Source: Dimorphilus gyrociliatus (Eukaryota > Animalia > Annelida). Taken from it: a DNA stretch of 64,000 nt. This document shows positions 1 through 13,462 of the stretch, piece after piece (the first letter of the stretch is position 1; each line of letters opens with the position of its first letter). Where the stretch lies: positions 1 to 64,000 of the forward strand of contig CAJFCJ010000029.1 in assembly GCA_904063045.1 (NCBI GenBank), read 5' to 3'. The notes below the pieces were generated by a model. The model had not been told where the DNA came from, did no database searches, and saw only the letters and a list, made by a program, of their open reading frames with translations. Both the position numbers and the translations under genes were made by a program.

Positions 1-785
1 GTTTTTAATAGGTTTATCTTGATTGATCATATCATTGTAAGTTCGATATTTAAAGTATGGTCCTATAAATAGCATCGTAATTTAATTTTATTCTTGCCAG
101 ACTTTAATTAACTACCTGAAAGTAATCCAAAGAAGCAATAAGCATAACAGAGAGTGTCAAAGAACCCTGGGAATATTTCTGTATATTTTAGTTTTAATCT
201 TAAGGATTCGTCTTTGGAAGATCGAATAAGTTCCTTCTTTGATTTCTGAGAATCGCATAACTCAAAAGCTAGACCAGCCATCTGAGAGAAGAATAGCACT
301 TATTTGTTTTTTTATCCTATATTTTCAAATATAATATTATACTCTTAGGGTTATGAAAAGCTGTATTGCATTAGAATGGCCTGAAATAGACTTCTCTTGA
401 AGGCCCAGTAAGTGAGCTCCCCTAAACAGGGCTAGGTATCCAAAGCACCAGAAAAAGCTTGCAATATGATAATATCTGTAGTTAATGCAAAAGAAAATCG
501 ATTAAGGAGATTATTTTAATAAATAATTATTAAATGTCTTAATATTCTTAGATAATAAATAGAGACCAACCTAAATCTTTTAAATCCATGTAAAATAACG
601 CAGTTTCCAATAACAACAATAAAAGAATGAAAAAATTCATAGCCGGATACTAAAATTGCAAATACTATTCCAAAAAAAGTTGTTAACAGTTTTCTAGCAA
701 ATCCATTTTGTAATTTTGTTGATAAATAACTTAAAGGAATTGAAATTGTTAATATAATTAAATAGATGAAATCCTCTCTAGACAT
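1..785 (-). CDS. MBOAT7: Lysophospholipid acyltransferase 7 (MBOAT7/LPIAT1), 5' part; gene runs off the left edge
   Basis: Spliced exons 785-571, 475-343, 281-116 and 62-<1 with GT-AG borders give MSREDFIYLIILTISIP...HSNAIQLFITLRMAGLAFE...YAYCFFGLLSGPYFKYRTY. This is collinear with the MBOAT7 N-terminus (MSPEEWTYL...NAVQLLLTLK...YCYVGIMTGPFFRYRTY). Confidence 0.9.
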
Positions 786-1652
786 ATTTTTCTATTATTA
801 TTTCTATCGAATGACCTGCATGCCAGTGGATATTTGACTAAAATTTTTACCTATATAGACTGGTAAAGGTTACCTTTACAATTGAATCTTTGAATAAAAC
901 TTTCTTAACATTTTGTTAACCCTTCCTTTATATATATTTCGAAAATTTTTCACATATTTTTCTTCTATTAAATTTATTCGTTAGTAATCTATTGTTTGTT
1001 TACGTTTAATCAATAGTTGAAAAGTAGATTTATGAATACATCGATATAATTCCATATTTTCGCTTTTTTTCTCTTGTCGAGTACACATGAAAGTAGGTGA
1101 AGGAAGAGGATAATAACAGTGAAAAGATTTTGCCAATCGAATTATACATTCTTATTTTAGATGTTTGAACTATATATAATGATATCAGATTGTGTTTTAA
1201 GAGGAGAAAGTTTCATCTTACGTTCCTGGATATTGATTACACGCAAAAATTGATAAAATCAGAATAGACGCATGCTGCTTACTTATATATATATATAGAT
1301 ACATATGTATGAATAGTTAAATAGCAGACAATTTTTAACACTTGCCAGTCTATTCAAGTGTAAACTGTTATAAATACGGAAATAGTTCAATTTTTTTTTT
1401 AAAAAAAAATTGAACTAAGTCTTTATTAAAAGCATATCTGTATTTATCTGAACAATTAGTGTTAAGTGGTCAATTTTTAGAATTGTTTATAATACATAGC
1501 TGGCTTTTTTTTAAATATCATAAATAGTTTACATTAATTTATTAGATCGACTGTTTAATGTAACAAACACGTTTAGTCGCTACGATTGATTTTCTGATTT
1601 AAATTAATCATAACAGAGTTGCTCTCTGCAGTATTACTTAAAATTAACTTGG

Positions 1653-1667
1653 GTTGTCTGTAGCAAC
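1653..1667. promoter_or_regulatory. RFX X-box-like palindrome upstream of the CCDC166-like gene
   Basis: GTTGTC-TGT-AGCAAC fits GTYRYC-N(0-3)-RGYAAC. It lies about 300 nt upstream of the ATG of a coiled-coil gene family linked to cilia/sperm. Confidence 0.45.
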
Positions 1668-1961
1668 TAATCAGAAAAAAAATCTACGGACAACTTTATT
1701 GATTACAAATATTCTTACTTAAGAAAAAACCATATGTACATGTGTAGTATGTAAAATATAAATATTTTTCAATTACTTAAACTATAAAGATTCACTCATT
1801 TGTTTTAATTTACATTGAGTTAGATAGATCAAAACTGTTTGGGTGTCACAGTCCTATATACTGTCTAACTGTATTATGTCAGTTCACATTCAGCTCGCAA
1901 GATGGCGCGCGTGCTTGAAACTGTTTCCAAGGTAATTATTGTGACTCTTTGATTGTCAACA

Positions 1962-3103
1962 ATGCCGCCTAAAGCGAAGGGTAAAAGAGGTGGAAAGGAT
2001 CAAAAAAAGGAGGAAGAAGAGGCTGCAAGAGCAGAAAGCTCTGAACCAACCGATGCGGAAGTTGCTTTACAGAAAGAGTACGATTGTTAAAATATTCTTA
2101 ATTCCGTGTGATACATTATTTCGCTTTTGTAGATACGCTGGTTTAAAAGTGGAATTAGAAGAATTAAAGAAAAAGGTAGAAGATTTGTAAGTTAATAATC
2201 ATATATTTATACTAAAAAACACGGCTTTAATCTTTGTCTATTAACCAGACGTAATGAAAATAAATGGCTTGAAGACGAGGCGAAAGTTGTTCGCTATGAA
2301 ACTGTATGTGTTTTTTTATTAAATAAAAATATAATATAGTTCACCTTTCATAAGAGAAAAAAATTATATATTTACAGCACCAATATATGTCATATATGTC
2401 TAAGAAAACAAGCAAAAGACAAGAAGAGATTATTACATTAACGGATGAGAATCAACGACAAATTAGAATGTTTCAAAAGCAAAAAAAGGAAATGTTGGAA
2501 GAGTATGCTAGACAAAAACAAAGTATGTCATTTATGCTTACATCTCATATTTTTTACATTTAGAGCAATATCTTTGTTCTTATTATAGAATTAAATGAAC
2601 TTTTATTGGAAAAAGAAAAGATATTGAAACAAACTGAAAGGGAACTTGGCGATTTACAAGAATATAAAAATTTAAGGGACGAACAACTGCAAGAGATTAA
2701 AAGATTGGAAAAAAAAGTTGTTTTAGTCAGAGCAGAACATTCAAAAAAGCTTTCACAACTTAAAGCTAAATTCTTACAAGAAAGGAACCATCAGCAAGCT
2801 GCTAGCGACAAACATATCACTACAATAGCAAAACAAGCGTCTAGGGATGCAGAAGCATGCTTGAACTCGCATACAGCTAAAATTAAAGAAGAAAACAGAA
2901 GTCTTAGACATGAATTATTACTTTTAATAAGAAAAGCACGAGCTTTACACGAGCACAAAAGTTATTTGCAAGCTCAGAAAAAGCAATTACTGGCTGAACA
3001 ACAATACGCTAATGACCTAAAGAAATTAAGAGCAGCAAAACAACAAAAGTTATTAAAAAAGCAAGGATTAGTTGATAATGAAAGTGAAAAGGATGAAGAT
3101 TGA
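1962..3103 (+). CDS. CCDC166: Coiled-coil protein, CCDC166/CCDC121-like (DUF4515)
   Basis: Starts MPPKAKGKRGG at 1962 and continues through several small exons. The last exon (LQEYKNLRDEQLQEIKRLEKKVVLVRAEH...IKEENRSLRHELLLLI) aligns by eye with CCDC166 ([29 protein letters not shown]...IKADNGRLRQELLLLL). Confidence 0.75.
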
Positions 3104-3293
3104 TTAACTCTTTTTTGTTTGTTGTTTTTCATTTTCTACTTGGACAAAAAAGACTAAAATTTAGGTTTTTTTTATAAATTCATTACTTTTAATAAAAATA
3201 TAATTCACTCATCAAATATATCTAATATATCAAATATAAACTAAGACATTATATAGTAAACTTGTTTAAGTTTCTCATCAATTCTTGGAATGA

Positions 3294-4292
3294 TTAATCA
3301 TTATCTATTTTAGGTTTTGCATCGGTATTACGATATTTATGACGTCTACGACGTCTGCCATCTGCTCTTTTATCTAACGTTTCGTCATAATACCCATAAT
3401 CTGTTTCGATACTTCGTAAAAGATCAAAATTAGGTTTTTGTAGGCCTATTTTTAATTAATGAATTTATTACTTTAAAATAATAGTATAAAAGAGTTTTAT
3501 TAATGTCAAACAACCTGCAATCTGCAGTAAAACACGGGCTATATTATATTGCCAGCCTTCCCAGCTTAATGATTCAGCATAGCTAATAGTTTGAAAAAAA
3601 TCAGGGAAATCTGGTAGGGAAACCAATAAATCATCATTATCTCTTGTCATTAGTAATATAGTATAGCAAATCCACCTCGCCAATTTATCCCCTTCCTTTA
3701 CTATGTCAATAAATAGACTAATAGCATTATTATTCATCAGACTTTCATGAACAGTCTTATTATCGCAAACACTCGTACTTAACATTCGGATAATTTCTAT
3801 CTTAATATTATGATCAATATCCTTTGATTCTAGCATTTTTAGAAATTTGCTAATATAGATTGACAACGCATTACCAGCCTCTAAACCACCCATGTAACAA
3901 AGTATACCTATTTCTCTATTTATATACAAACATGTTACAAAAATTCTTAAACAATTACGAATACAAGAGATAGTTAACCCACTTGATTAACTCAATACGT
4001 TTTGCCAATGATATATTTAAATCATATTCGAATAGTATTCTACAATTTATATATATATCTCTGCGATATTTATTCTTTTCATCAATTTTATCAAATTTAT
4101 CTTTTCGATCTTCCCATATTAAATCTTTCTTTCTTTTTCTTTCTACAAAACGAAATTGTAGATAAAAGCATTATTGAAATTTTCATTTAATAACGAAATA
4201 TAAAAATTTTAATTACTAAAAAAATACGGTAGCCAATCAAACCAACCTTTCCAAATAGAGGTTTTAGCTTTTAATCCAACTATATTATTCAT
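3294..4292 (-). CDS. ARMH2: Armadillo-like helical domain protein 2-like
   Basis: KRIELIKREIGILCYMGGLEAG...RWICYTILLMTRDN...SWEGWQYNIARVLLQIAG resembles ARMH2 ([21 protein letters not shown]...KFWTCYVLSVMTCNN...NWSGWTENFAEVLYFLIG). The terminal exon is 3446-3294. The start at 4292 is tentative. Confidence 0.7.
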
Positions 4293-5062
4293 TGTTTGTA
4301 AATAGTGAATAGCGCAATTTGAACTCAAATTTCTATTCTGTTGACAGGAGCTTTTCGAAAAATGTAGGCATATGTGTAAATATATATTTATTTAGTATTT
4401 TTAATCAGAGATATGTTTAATATAACAGTATTTAGACGAGAATAACAGAGGCATCTTTGAATAATAAAAGAGAAAATTAGTTCTTTTATTATCATTTTAC
4501 ATGTATTGTTAATAATTTGATTTATAGTTTTAAAAACAATTCATTTGTTTTCCGCGGAATATTTTAGTATAAAATAAGATGAACTGACAGAAAATCTATT
4601 TTTATAGCATTACTATAAATCTTAAAGCTAACAGCTTCATGTTCGTACTAAATTTGTTAGTCTAAATATTCATTACACTAGGGCTCATTAATAATTTGAA
4701 TAAAATTATTGTTGTCATATTTCTATAGTATATCAATTTGTATTTCAAAAATCGAAACCAAATGACTTTATTACAATATATAAACATATTAATATATTGC
4801 TATTTGTTAATTTTATAGAATTAGAACTTTTTTTTCAAGTTTACTTAGAAGAAAACAAACTACAGACAGCATTATGATATAGAATACATTTGAAAGAAAG
4901 AAAAAGCAGAGCCTTTTCTCTTCACTTGCAGGAAATCCGTTTTCTAAAGACTCTTTTTGTTTGTCTTTTTTTTGTATTTTAAATTTTTATTTATGTTACT
5001 ACTAGTCGAAAGTAAAAATAGTTTTCAATATTTCTTTTGTCCCCAAAGGTTTTCTCTCTCTT

Positions 5063-5913
5063 TCAATACTTATGACTCTCAGCTCCTCCGTGTCCGAAAC
5101 CTTTTGGTCCAAAAAGTGCTGCATAACACGGTTTATGACAATAGGGTTTGTCATCATGTACAGCATGACTTCCAGAAGATAACGTCTTGCCACACTTGAG
5201 ACATTTCAAGCAAGGACGATGAAAATCTTTGCCCATAGAGGTGACTTTTTCAGCTGAAAGATAAATAAAATGTTTTAAAAATTTGATAAGCTTATGCTAT
5301 ATCTCTATGTAAATAAAACAATGGATTAATAAAACAGGTATCTAATATAAAATATAAGATTCTATATATGTTTTTAGATAAGGCATAAATTCTGATTTTA
5401 GTAAATACAGGCCTATTTAACATACATTTTTATAGGACCATTAAAAATCCTGTCAATTATGCATACAATATCTATTTGTACTACAACGAATAGGTCTTGG
5501 GCTGTTTATTAATCTATCTTGAAATATAAAAATTTAATATGAAAAGTATAGAACAGCATAAAAAAGTTTGTGTGTTGGGTGTTGCCTCTCTCTCTCACTA
5601 ACTCTCATCCTATAGGAAAATCAACCAATAGACATTCTCTTTAATACTTTAAACATTCTCAAAGAAGTGTACCGCTGTAGTTTTTCTATTACCATAAGCT
5701 TTTTACCAAATCTGAATAATTGTTTCTGTTTTTGATTTAACTAAAAATAAAACGGCATTGAAAGCTAAATTGTGTTGTAACTGATAAAGTTGTTAATCAA
5801 CAATATAAATATATTGATTTTAATAATCCTGCAAAGAGCAAAAATTGATTATATCATTTTCACTCTCTGTTCTCTATATGTTTCTTTATCCCCAAACTCT
5901 CTTTCTCTTTCGA

Positions 5914-5944
<31 letters not shown>

Positions 5945-6473
5945 CTCACTCTCGCTATCTTTCTCTCTTAATTTTTTCTGTGTCATAATCAATTTTTCAC
6001 TTAGTTTAACAGCTGAATTTCAATTGAGTATCGAATACCAATAGAATTCTTAACATGTTACGTGCTATATTTACTTTGAAGGGTCTTTTTTCGTGAAAGA
6101 AATGCTTTAAATTATTTTATTCACAGCCATTAATATGTCCTATTTATGAGTGCATTGAATAATTTATATCAACTAAAGGAATTTTCCATCCCAATTATAT
6201 TCACATATAAAGTATATATGACTGTGTATGTTATCTAATTTATTACATATCAATAGAAAAACAGCTTAAATATATACAACTGCATAATAACCCTATGCAT
6301 TTACTTTTCATTTACTTATTATACTAATTTGTATGTGATTAATAACGTTTGTACTAAACATGTCTATACAACTACAAAATGATACACTAGGCTAAGTAGG
6401 AAGGAATATAAGCCTATTTCGCATGTTACTTACCAAAGTAAACTTCTTTAGCGCAAGTCGGACACTTCGGCAT
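5063..6473 (-). CDS. CRIP1: Cysteine-rich intestinal protein 1-like single-LIM protein, 76 aa
   Basis: Exon 6473-6434 ([13 protein letters not shown]) plus exon 5253-5063 ([63 protein letters not shown]) total 231 nt in frame. The ORF track misses this gene; its 5002-5193 ORF is the wrong frame. Confidence 0.95.
5897..5968. repeat. (TC)n/(GA)n microsatellite in CRIP1 intron 1
   Basis: Pure TC run at about 5914-5941 with degenerate flanks. Confidence 0.9.
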
Positions 6474-6934
6474 TTTGTCTTAAATTGATGATCTCAAATT
6501 GTACATATACAAAAATGTCTCTCAAATACTCAACTACGCCCTTTTATTCAATATTTTTTGCACACGATACTAGAAAATTTCATGTTTACAAATACAATAC
6601 ACCATCTGGCTGTTAAGTTAGACATTAAATTATTTCACACGACACTACAGTTATTATTAATAAGAAGAGCCATGTTCACAATCCTATATTTGTTAAATTT
6701 ACAACGAAAAACGTTTCCATTTCTAGGCGAATAGGAAATAGGCAGGAGATTCAAGATAAAGAGAAACATGGAAATTTTAAATGTCATTGCATTTGTTCTA
6801 AATTCTCAAAAAAAAATATTCTTTCAAGTTATATAGTCAATTAATATTAAACTGTTCGAGGCCTTCGCTTGAATCATATGAACGTTTAATTTTTTTACTA
6901 TTTTACTCTATACTGCACACTTTGATTCGAACAA

Positions 6935-8912
6935 ATGGCGGAAACAACTCCCACTTTTGAAGACCTTGTTAAGCAAGCTAAAGACCTATTTAAGACATCT
7001 TTTGATGAAGAAGCAACACACGGAGGCTCTGCACCGGGACGAGTAAATTTAATTGGTGAACATACAGATTATAATGACGGATTCGTGCTACCAATGGTAG
7101 GTTTCTTTATGAGCGATATTATAATTATTATTATGCCAACATATTTAAGACTACATAACTTTTTCTACTTTGTAAAGAGATAGTGACTCTGATACAATAG
7201 CTATAATTATAACAATGTTCTCTCTATTAAAGAATGGTAATACTAAGAATTCAGATAAACTCCCCCTCAGGGTGAAGATTTGATAAAAATTCAAATAGCA
7301 TTTGCACTTTACGAAATAAGTAATATATCTCTATGATTGAAAGAGTATCTAATCCGAACAAGGCTTTGATGTTAATGGTAAGGTAAGTCAATACTTAGAC
7401 TGGAGAAAGTATAATATTTGAAGACGATTCTTCTTTCTGTTGTTTAATTTTATCTGAATTCTTATTTTAAAAGATTTCCATTGAAATTATGAAATATATG
7501 AAATTTTAATAAGTATTAATTTCATATATTTACAATATTTGAAAATATTACGTAATTATTTATTTTCTGTTAGGCTCTTCCACTCCGGACTGTTATAGTT
7601 GGTAAACCATCTAAAAACTGTCAATGTACTATTGTAACTTCCGCCGTGAGTATTGATGGTCCTTTGCGAACGACTTTTCATTTGCCTTCCGACGAATTTA
7701 TTTTGGAACCTGGCTCACCTAAATGGGCTAACTATGTAAAAGGTGTTGTAGCTCATTTTGATGGTCAGCTGTTACCATTTAACGCTGCTATTGTAAGTTC
7801 GGTACCACTTGGAGGTGGTCTATCAAGCTCTGCTTCTCTTGAAGTTGCAACATATTGCTTCTTAAAATCTTTAATTGGAGAAACAAATTTAGACAGACCA
7901 AAAGTTAGTTAGATTATAATAATCATTTAAATAATAAGCATATACTTGTTTAGGTAGCGGAAATATGCCAAAAGGCTGAACACACTTTTCCTAATATGCC
8001 ATGCGGAGTAATGGATCAAACAATATCTGTTTTAGGCGAGGAAGGGTACGCTCTATTACTAGATTGCAGGTAAAGTATACTTTATATATTTTTACATAAT
8101 TAATAAATATACTTATATAGATCCTTAGAAACCTTCAAAGTTCCTTTAATTGATCCAAACACAGCCGTTTTGATTATTAACTCCAATGTTCGTCATATAT
8201 TAACTGGTAGTGAATACCCCGAAAGACGCCAGCAATGCTACAGTGCTGCTGATAAACTTGATGTTAAAAGTTTAAGAGATGCTACTATAATGGAACTAGA
8301 GTGTAAATAGCTTCTCTTTCAATTAAACAATTGGCTGCTAATTAAAAACGTTCTTATTTACGTAACCTTATAGCAAAAAAAGAAAAGATGTCTGAATTGG
8401 AATACAATAGGGCTCATCATGTCATCACTGAAAATGATAGATGTTTAAAAGCGAAAATGTGCCTCGAAAAAGGAGATTTAATCTCTTTTGGAAAGTTGAT
8501 GTACCAAAGTCACGAATCATTACGCGATAAATTCCAAGTTTCGTGTTCGGAAATTGACCAACTGGTCGACATTGTCTCCACGATAAAAGGTTAAGGCCTC
8601 TGCATAATATTTTATGCAAAAAAGCTTTACTACATAAAGGTAATACTGGTCTTTTACAGGTGTTTATGGAACAAGAATGACCGGTGGCGGCTTTGGAGGT
8701 TGTACTGTTACGTTATGCGAGTCGAAAGTTGTCAGTGATATTATCAAAAAAGTTAAGGTTAATAGGCCTGATAACTTGAAACTTTATTTTTTTTGTTAAT
8801 TTGTCCTGAATTTGTACCTTTTCTTGTTTAGAGTGAATTTGATGCAAACGAGAGAAAGGCTACATTCTACGTCGTTAGCCCAAGTTATGGTGCAGAAGTG
8901 CTGAATTTTTAA
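6935..8912 (+). CDS. GALK1: Galactokinase (GHMP kinase)
   Basis: Motifs [47 protein letters not shown] and [14 protein letters not shown] are spread over GT-AG exons. Stop TAA at 8910-8912. Confidence 0.95.
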
Positions 8913-9146
8913 ATTCCGTAAAAGAAATAAGAAAGAAAAGTGCTGAAGTTGAATTGATTTGTTAGTTTTATTATCATAATAAACGATCATTTTTAGATAC
9001 GTCACAATGACGCATACCAGAAGAAATAATAAACATTATTTAATAATGAGCTAAGACGATATATACATAAATCTAAAAATTATATTAAATCTACGCATTT
9101 AAATAAAATCTGCATTACTTAGTGATACATAGGATAAAAATCTCAA

Positions 9147-10940
9147 TCAAGATAATAGCTCCTTAAATTCTCTCGCTGATCCTAATGTTAACCATTTTTT
9201 CATTTCGTCCGACTTTTCTATTACTTCTGTGTCTTTTTCCTTTGAAATATCCATATTTGTCATACAATTATCTTCTGATCTTTCAAGGATCCAATTAAAA
9301 TTCTGCTGAAATTTCCTCAAATTATTTATACTATCGTCTAACTCTATATTAGGAGGAAAGGATGAGGAACTTAACCAAGGATTTAAATAATCTGGTAAGG
9401 TTTTCGATGAACCACTGGACAGCCATTCTTTCAAGTTTGTCTTATTTGTTGTGATTGCCAGAAAATCTTGTAGACTCTCAGCACAGGCGCATCTATCATC
9501 AACATCTTTATCTAAATCATCACCAATGTTGACTTGAATACAATTCATTTTATCCAAATTTTCAATGTCAAATGTTCTTTTCTTTTCTGCGCAATTCGAT
9601 TTACAGTTTTGTAATAGGGCAGCTGATGAACAAGAAAGCCAATCTTTTGATTCTTTTGAAATATGTGAAAAAGGATTTTCTTCATAAACATCCATCTCTT
9701 CGGTATTAGAAGAAGACAACCATAATGACGCCGGAGATTCGAGAATCTCTGTCATATGATTTAGTGTTAATTTCTGAATTTCAGTTTGATCATCATCTGT
9801 GAAAAATGTAATGTAAGTTTTTTTTCTAAATATGTGAAGCAGATTATGAAAGATTAGAATGTTTACCTGATGATTTACTGCAATCTGAAGTAGATCCAAT
9901 TATTTCAAAGTCCAAACTTGCCTCTTCTTCAACTTCAGGTGACACTTTCAAGGTTTCTAACCAATTACAAACATCACCAGAGGTTCTTTCCTTACTTAGC
10001 CACGAACCAAGAGACACAGGTTCTCCATTTGGTCTGTCCGACTTTCTAGACATCTTTGAAGTTGATGATAACCATTGACTATCAGGAATATCTGGTAAAC
10101 AAATATGAATTTCTTCTTTAATCTCTTGACAATGTTCCCTCAGAGGTTTATAAAGAATTTGTTGATCAACATCCTCATAATCCTCAAAAGTGTTTGGTAG
10201 AGATGGTGATTGGAAAATAGTACGTTCAGATAAAAACGAACGAGTCTCCGGTGTCCCACTTATTTTCCCAAAGTTAAAAATAGCTTCTTGAAGTCCGTCA
10301 ACATCTACGTGGAAGGCCATATGGGCGTCCTGCTCCAGAGTAAGATCCATATCAGATGCCCTAAGTTGATAATTATAGTCATATGAAAAACCTTCCAGAT
10401 GATTTTCAATCCAGAGAACAGTAATTTTTAATTAAATTTGCTTTTTTAAACGTTTTAATGAAAAATTACTTTATTCTTATAAATAGGAGCAGCTAATTAG
10501 CTAAAATATAAATAAGATGTAAAACGGTAAGAGATACGTACTCATTTAATAGAGTTGGTAGCATTGTCTCGTCCATGTTTTTATGTTGAACTATTGAGTC
10601 TATTTTAGAACATAGCTCATTTATTGTTTCTCTTTGTTGTCTTAAAACTTCGTTCTTAGCACTTGATACCAAGTCAACTTGACTAAGTAACCACAATTCT
10701 CGACTACGTAACGATTCTAATTGCCTGGACATACACGAGTGAATTTGTGTCTTCACCTGTTGTGTTATAATGAAGAAGAGATGACGCTTAAAGAAAAACC
10801 TAAAAAACTCATCAACTCACCAACTGAGTGCTAGTTTGTAATCGCCTTTTGATATTGTTAAGTAAAACAACTGCTGACTTCAATTTATTAACTGTTAATT
10901 GCGCATCCGAATACAAATCAGGAGTAGTTGAATTTTCCAT
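9147..10940 (-). CDS. NCOA4: Nuclear receptor coactivator 4 / ARA70-like (ferritinophagy receptor family)
   Basis: VKTQIHSCMSRQLESLRSRELWLLSQVDLV matches NCOA4 VKAQIHSCISRHLECLRSREVWLYEQVDLI. Exons are approximately 10940-10821, 10756-10542, 10360-9868 and 9799-9147. Confidence 0.85.
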
Positions 10941-11433
10941 AATCTTAAAAACTGATTTAAGACAAAAACGCAAGTTAATTCTCAAATCTATGTCGATGGA
11001 ATATCTTAATATATCGAATACTAACCTTTTAATTTCCTTATACTTCTTGAAAACTAATCCAAATGGTTCCTTGAAGTGGGACGTGACCGTAGATCGTTCG
11101 TCGAACCGAACAGTATTCGATTGGCAATCAGACTTTGCTACAACAAATTACTACCTATAAACAGGGGAGAAATATTTTGGCTGAATCGAATACCAAGGTT
11201 AAATATTTTTCTGCGATACTATGATCACGTGCTAGGCAATATTAGCGCGTTCTTAGTGATTGAAAAATAATATTTGCTATTTGAGGGAATTTTTCTTGTG
11301 AAAAATATTTATATTAATTTAATTAATACTTCAAAGGCTTGTGCTAAACATTTAACGCAAAAACTACGTTTCAAGCACTTTATTAAAATAATTATCCACT
11401 ATTCACCTGGTACTTTTCTTTCGTTCCAATATA

Positions 11434-12686
11434 ATGGGAAGTTTAGCAACAAAATTTAGAGAAGAAGGCAGTAAAGTTTCTCCCAGTACTCATCCGAGAA
11501 GTCCAGAATGGATCACAGTACATAGCCGGGCTTGCAATTGTTTGTGACATTATTTATGAAAGTTTTACAAGTAGTTAATTACCTAAATTAAAAAACTTTT
11601 TGTTTGTGAACAGTGGCTGTTGTTGAGGTTGAAAGATTGTGGATGAGATTTCAGCAATTAGGATGTACCGAAAATGGCGTTTTACCTCGACAAGCTATAG
11701 AAAGACTAAACTTAAAAGATGATTTATTGGCAACAAATGTACACAAACACTTTTACATTTTGCACTAACAGCTTTTCATCTTAGTTTTTGAATCTAGGTC
11801 TTGAAATCTCTGCAAACAGCCTATTCTGAAAATGAAATGATTACTTTTCATGCATTCTTACTAATGAATCTCTGGGTTGTTGAGTGCTGCGATGTAGAGA
11901 AATTTAAATTTGATGCTTTGTTAAGAGCTATCTTCACTTTATTCAACAACTCAGATCCAGTTGATAAAGATACATTAATTACTGTTTTGCGAAGTGTTTA
12001 TCCTCATGAGGATGAAAAAGAAGTAAAAAGAAGCGCCGAAACATTTATGTTGTTTTTAGATCCTGAGAATACAGGTAGATTAAGCAAACTTCACCCTATT
12101 AATTATTTTACTAGCATATTCAATATGTGTATAAATATTGTAATATTTTAAACACAGGATATATCGAACAAGATGCTTTCGTTAGCTGGGGAAAAAATTT
12201 GCCTGTGGAAACACTTCAAAATATTTTTATTTATCATATAATTCCGCCAGAAGTTTTAGATCGTGCCAATTTGGAGTTTGAAAGGGAAAACCCTCATGTA
12301 TTTACCTTAATAACGAAATACTATTGGCAATGCTGATAAATTGATAATTTTAAATATTTCTCTCACAGAATACTAATAGAGGTGGACCAACGCCGTCTCC
12401 ACGTGCACCTTCTACACGTCCTTCCCTTTCTGAACAGCCCACTGACTCAGTTCTTCAACAAGTTGCTGATAAAGCGTCAAGACGAGATTGGCGATTACTG
12501 CTAAATAGCTTAAACTATACAGACGATGAAGTATCAGAATACCAACAAAGATATTCACACGATCGTACGGAAATGATTTATAAAATGTTAATCAACTGGA
12601 GAAATAAAGACAGTAAAACAACTTCCGATTTACATAATGTTCTAAGGTCGTGTGGAATGGGAGATTTTATCTCCGTTCTAATGTAG
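11434..12686 (+). CDS. CHP/calcineurin-B-like EF-hand protein fused to a C-terminal death domain
   Basis: Five exons give MGSLATK..., then EVERLWMRFQQLGCTENGVL (CHP-like), LDPENTGYIEQDAF (EF loop), a P/S/T-rich linker and DWRLLLNSLNYTDDEVSEY...EMIYKMLINWRNK...DLHNVLRSCGMGDF* (death-domain pattern). Confidence 0.7.
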
Positions 12687-12888
12687 TAATTTTAATTTAT
12701 CTTTATAAAAAAACACTAGTTCCGTCCAATTTACGAAACTTTACTCCTTTTGTTATCATTTCTATTTTTTTTATAATAAATGATTTGTGTATTATTTCTA
12801 AGATAGACGTGAATTCAAATGCAAAAGGATTATATCAATAATATACAAGTGTAACAATTTTTTTGAAAGAAGATAGCAAAGAAATGGA

Positions 12889-13462
12889 TTATTTAATATA
12901 TTGTCTCCAAAGTTTACTATGTAGCCTTTCCGAAGGCCAATCTGAGGCAATAATAAAATCAGGTGTAATTAACGGTAATTTTCTTACTTCTCTTCTAGGT
13001 GTAAAATCCATAGATTTTGTATAATCGCTATAAGTTGTCAGAGGTTTGATATTTGGTAATTTTAAACCTTCCTTCTCTGCCTCGGGTAGTTGTGTTCCTT
13101 TGTTTTCTCTTAACGTTCCCTTCGATTTAGGGAATAGATTTCTGTTTAGGTGATTACGATCTATCTAAATTCATTAAGTAATGTTTAATAAAACTTACCT
13201 ATATCCGTGTCTTTGCCTGTAAAATACATCCTTAAAAGCCATGGCTTTGGTGAAAATTTCTTCAAGTTTTCAATCTGCTCTCTTAAGTTTGATTGAGTCC
13301 TTAACTCTCTATTGAGTAGGCGGATTGGCAATATAAAGTATTCTGAACTCCTTGTAAATAAGCGGGAAGAACAACTGTTGTCCCTTTTGTGGACAGGTAT
13401 AATCGAAAGGCTGACGTATAATTACTTTCTGCAACAATAAGCGTCTGGATTAGGGGGTAAAT
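12889..13462 (-). CDS. Putative uncharacterised spliced gene (3' exons only resolved)
   Basis: Frame-compatible exons ...ELRTQSNLREQIENLKKFSPKPWLLRMYFTGKDTDI|DRNHLNRNLFPK...LTTYSDYTKSMDF...SDWPSERLHSKLWRQYIK* are joined by a GTAAGT...TAG intron. The start codon was not identified. Confidence 0.4.

Noticed and set aside
5002-5193. 63-aa minus ORF MARRYLL...
   Set aside because: Alternate frame of CRIP1 exon 2.
7330-7388. Strong AAG|GTAAGT donor inside GALK1 intron 1
   Set aside because: No in-frame upstream acceptor or start gives a productive exon; at most a cryptic site.
10828-11270. Plus-strand ORFs of 110 and 64 aa
   Set aside because: They overlap NCOA4 exon 1 antisense and the bidirectional promoter, use non-ATG starts and show no recognisable motif.
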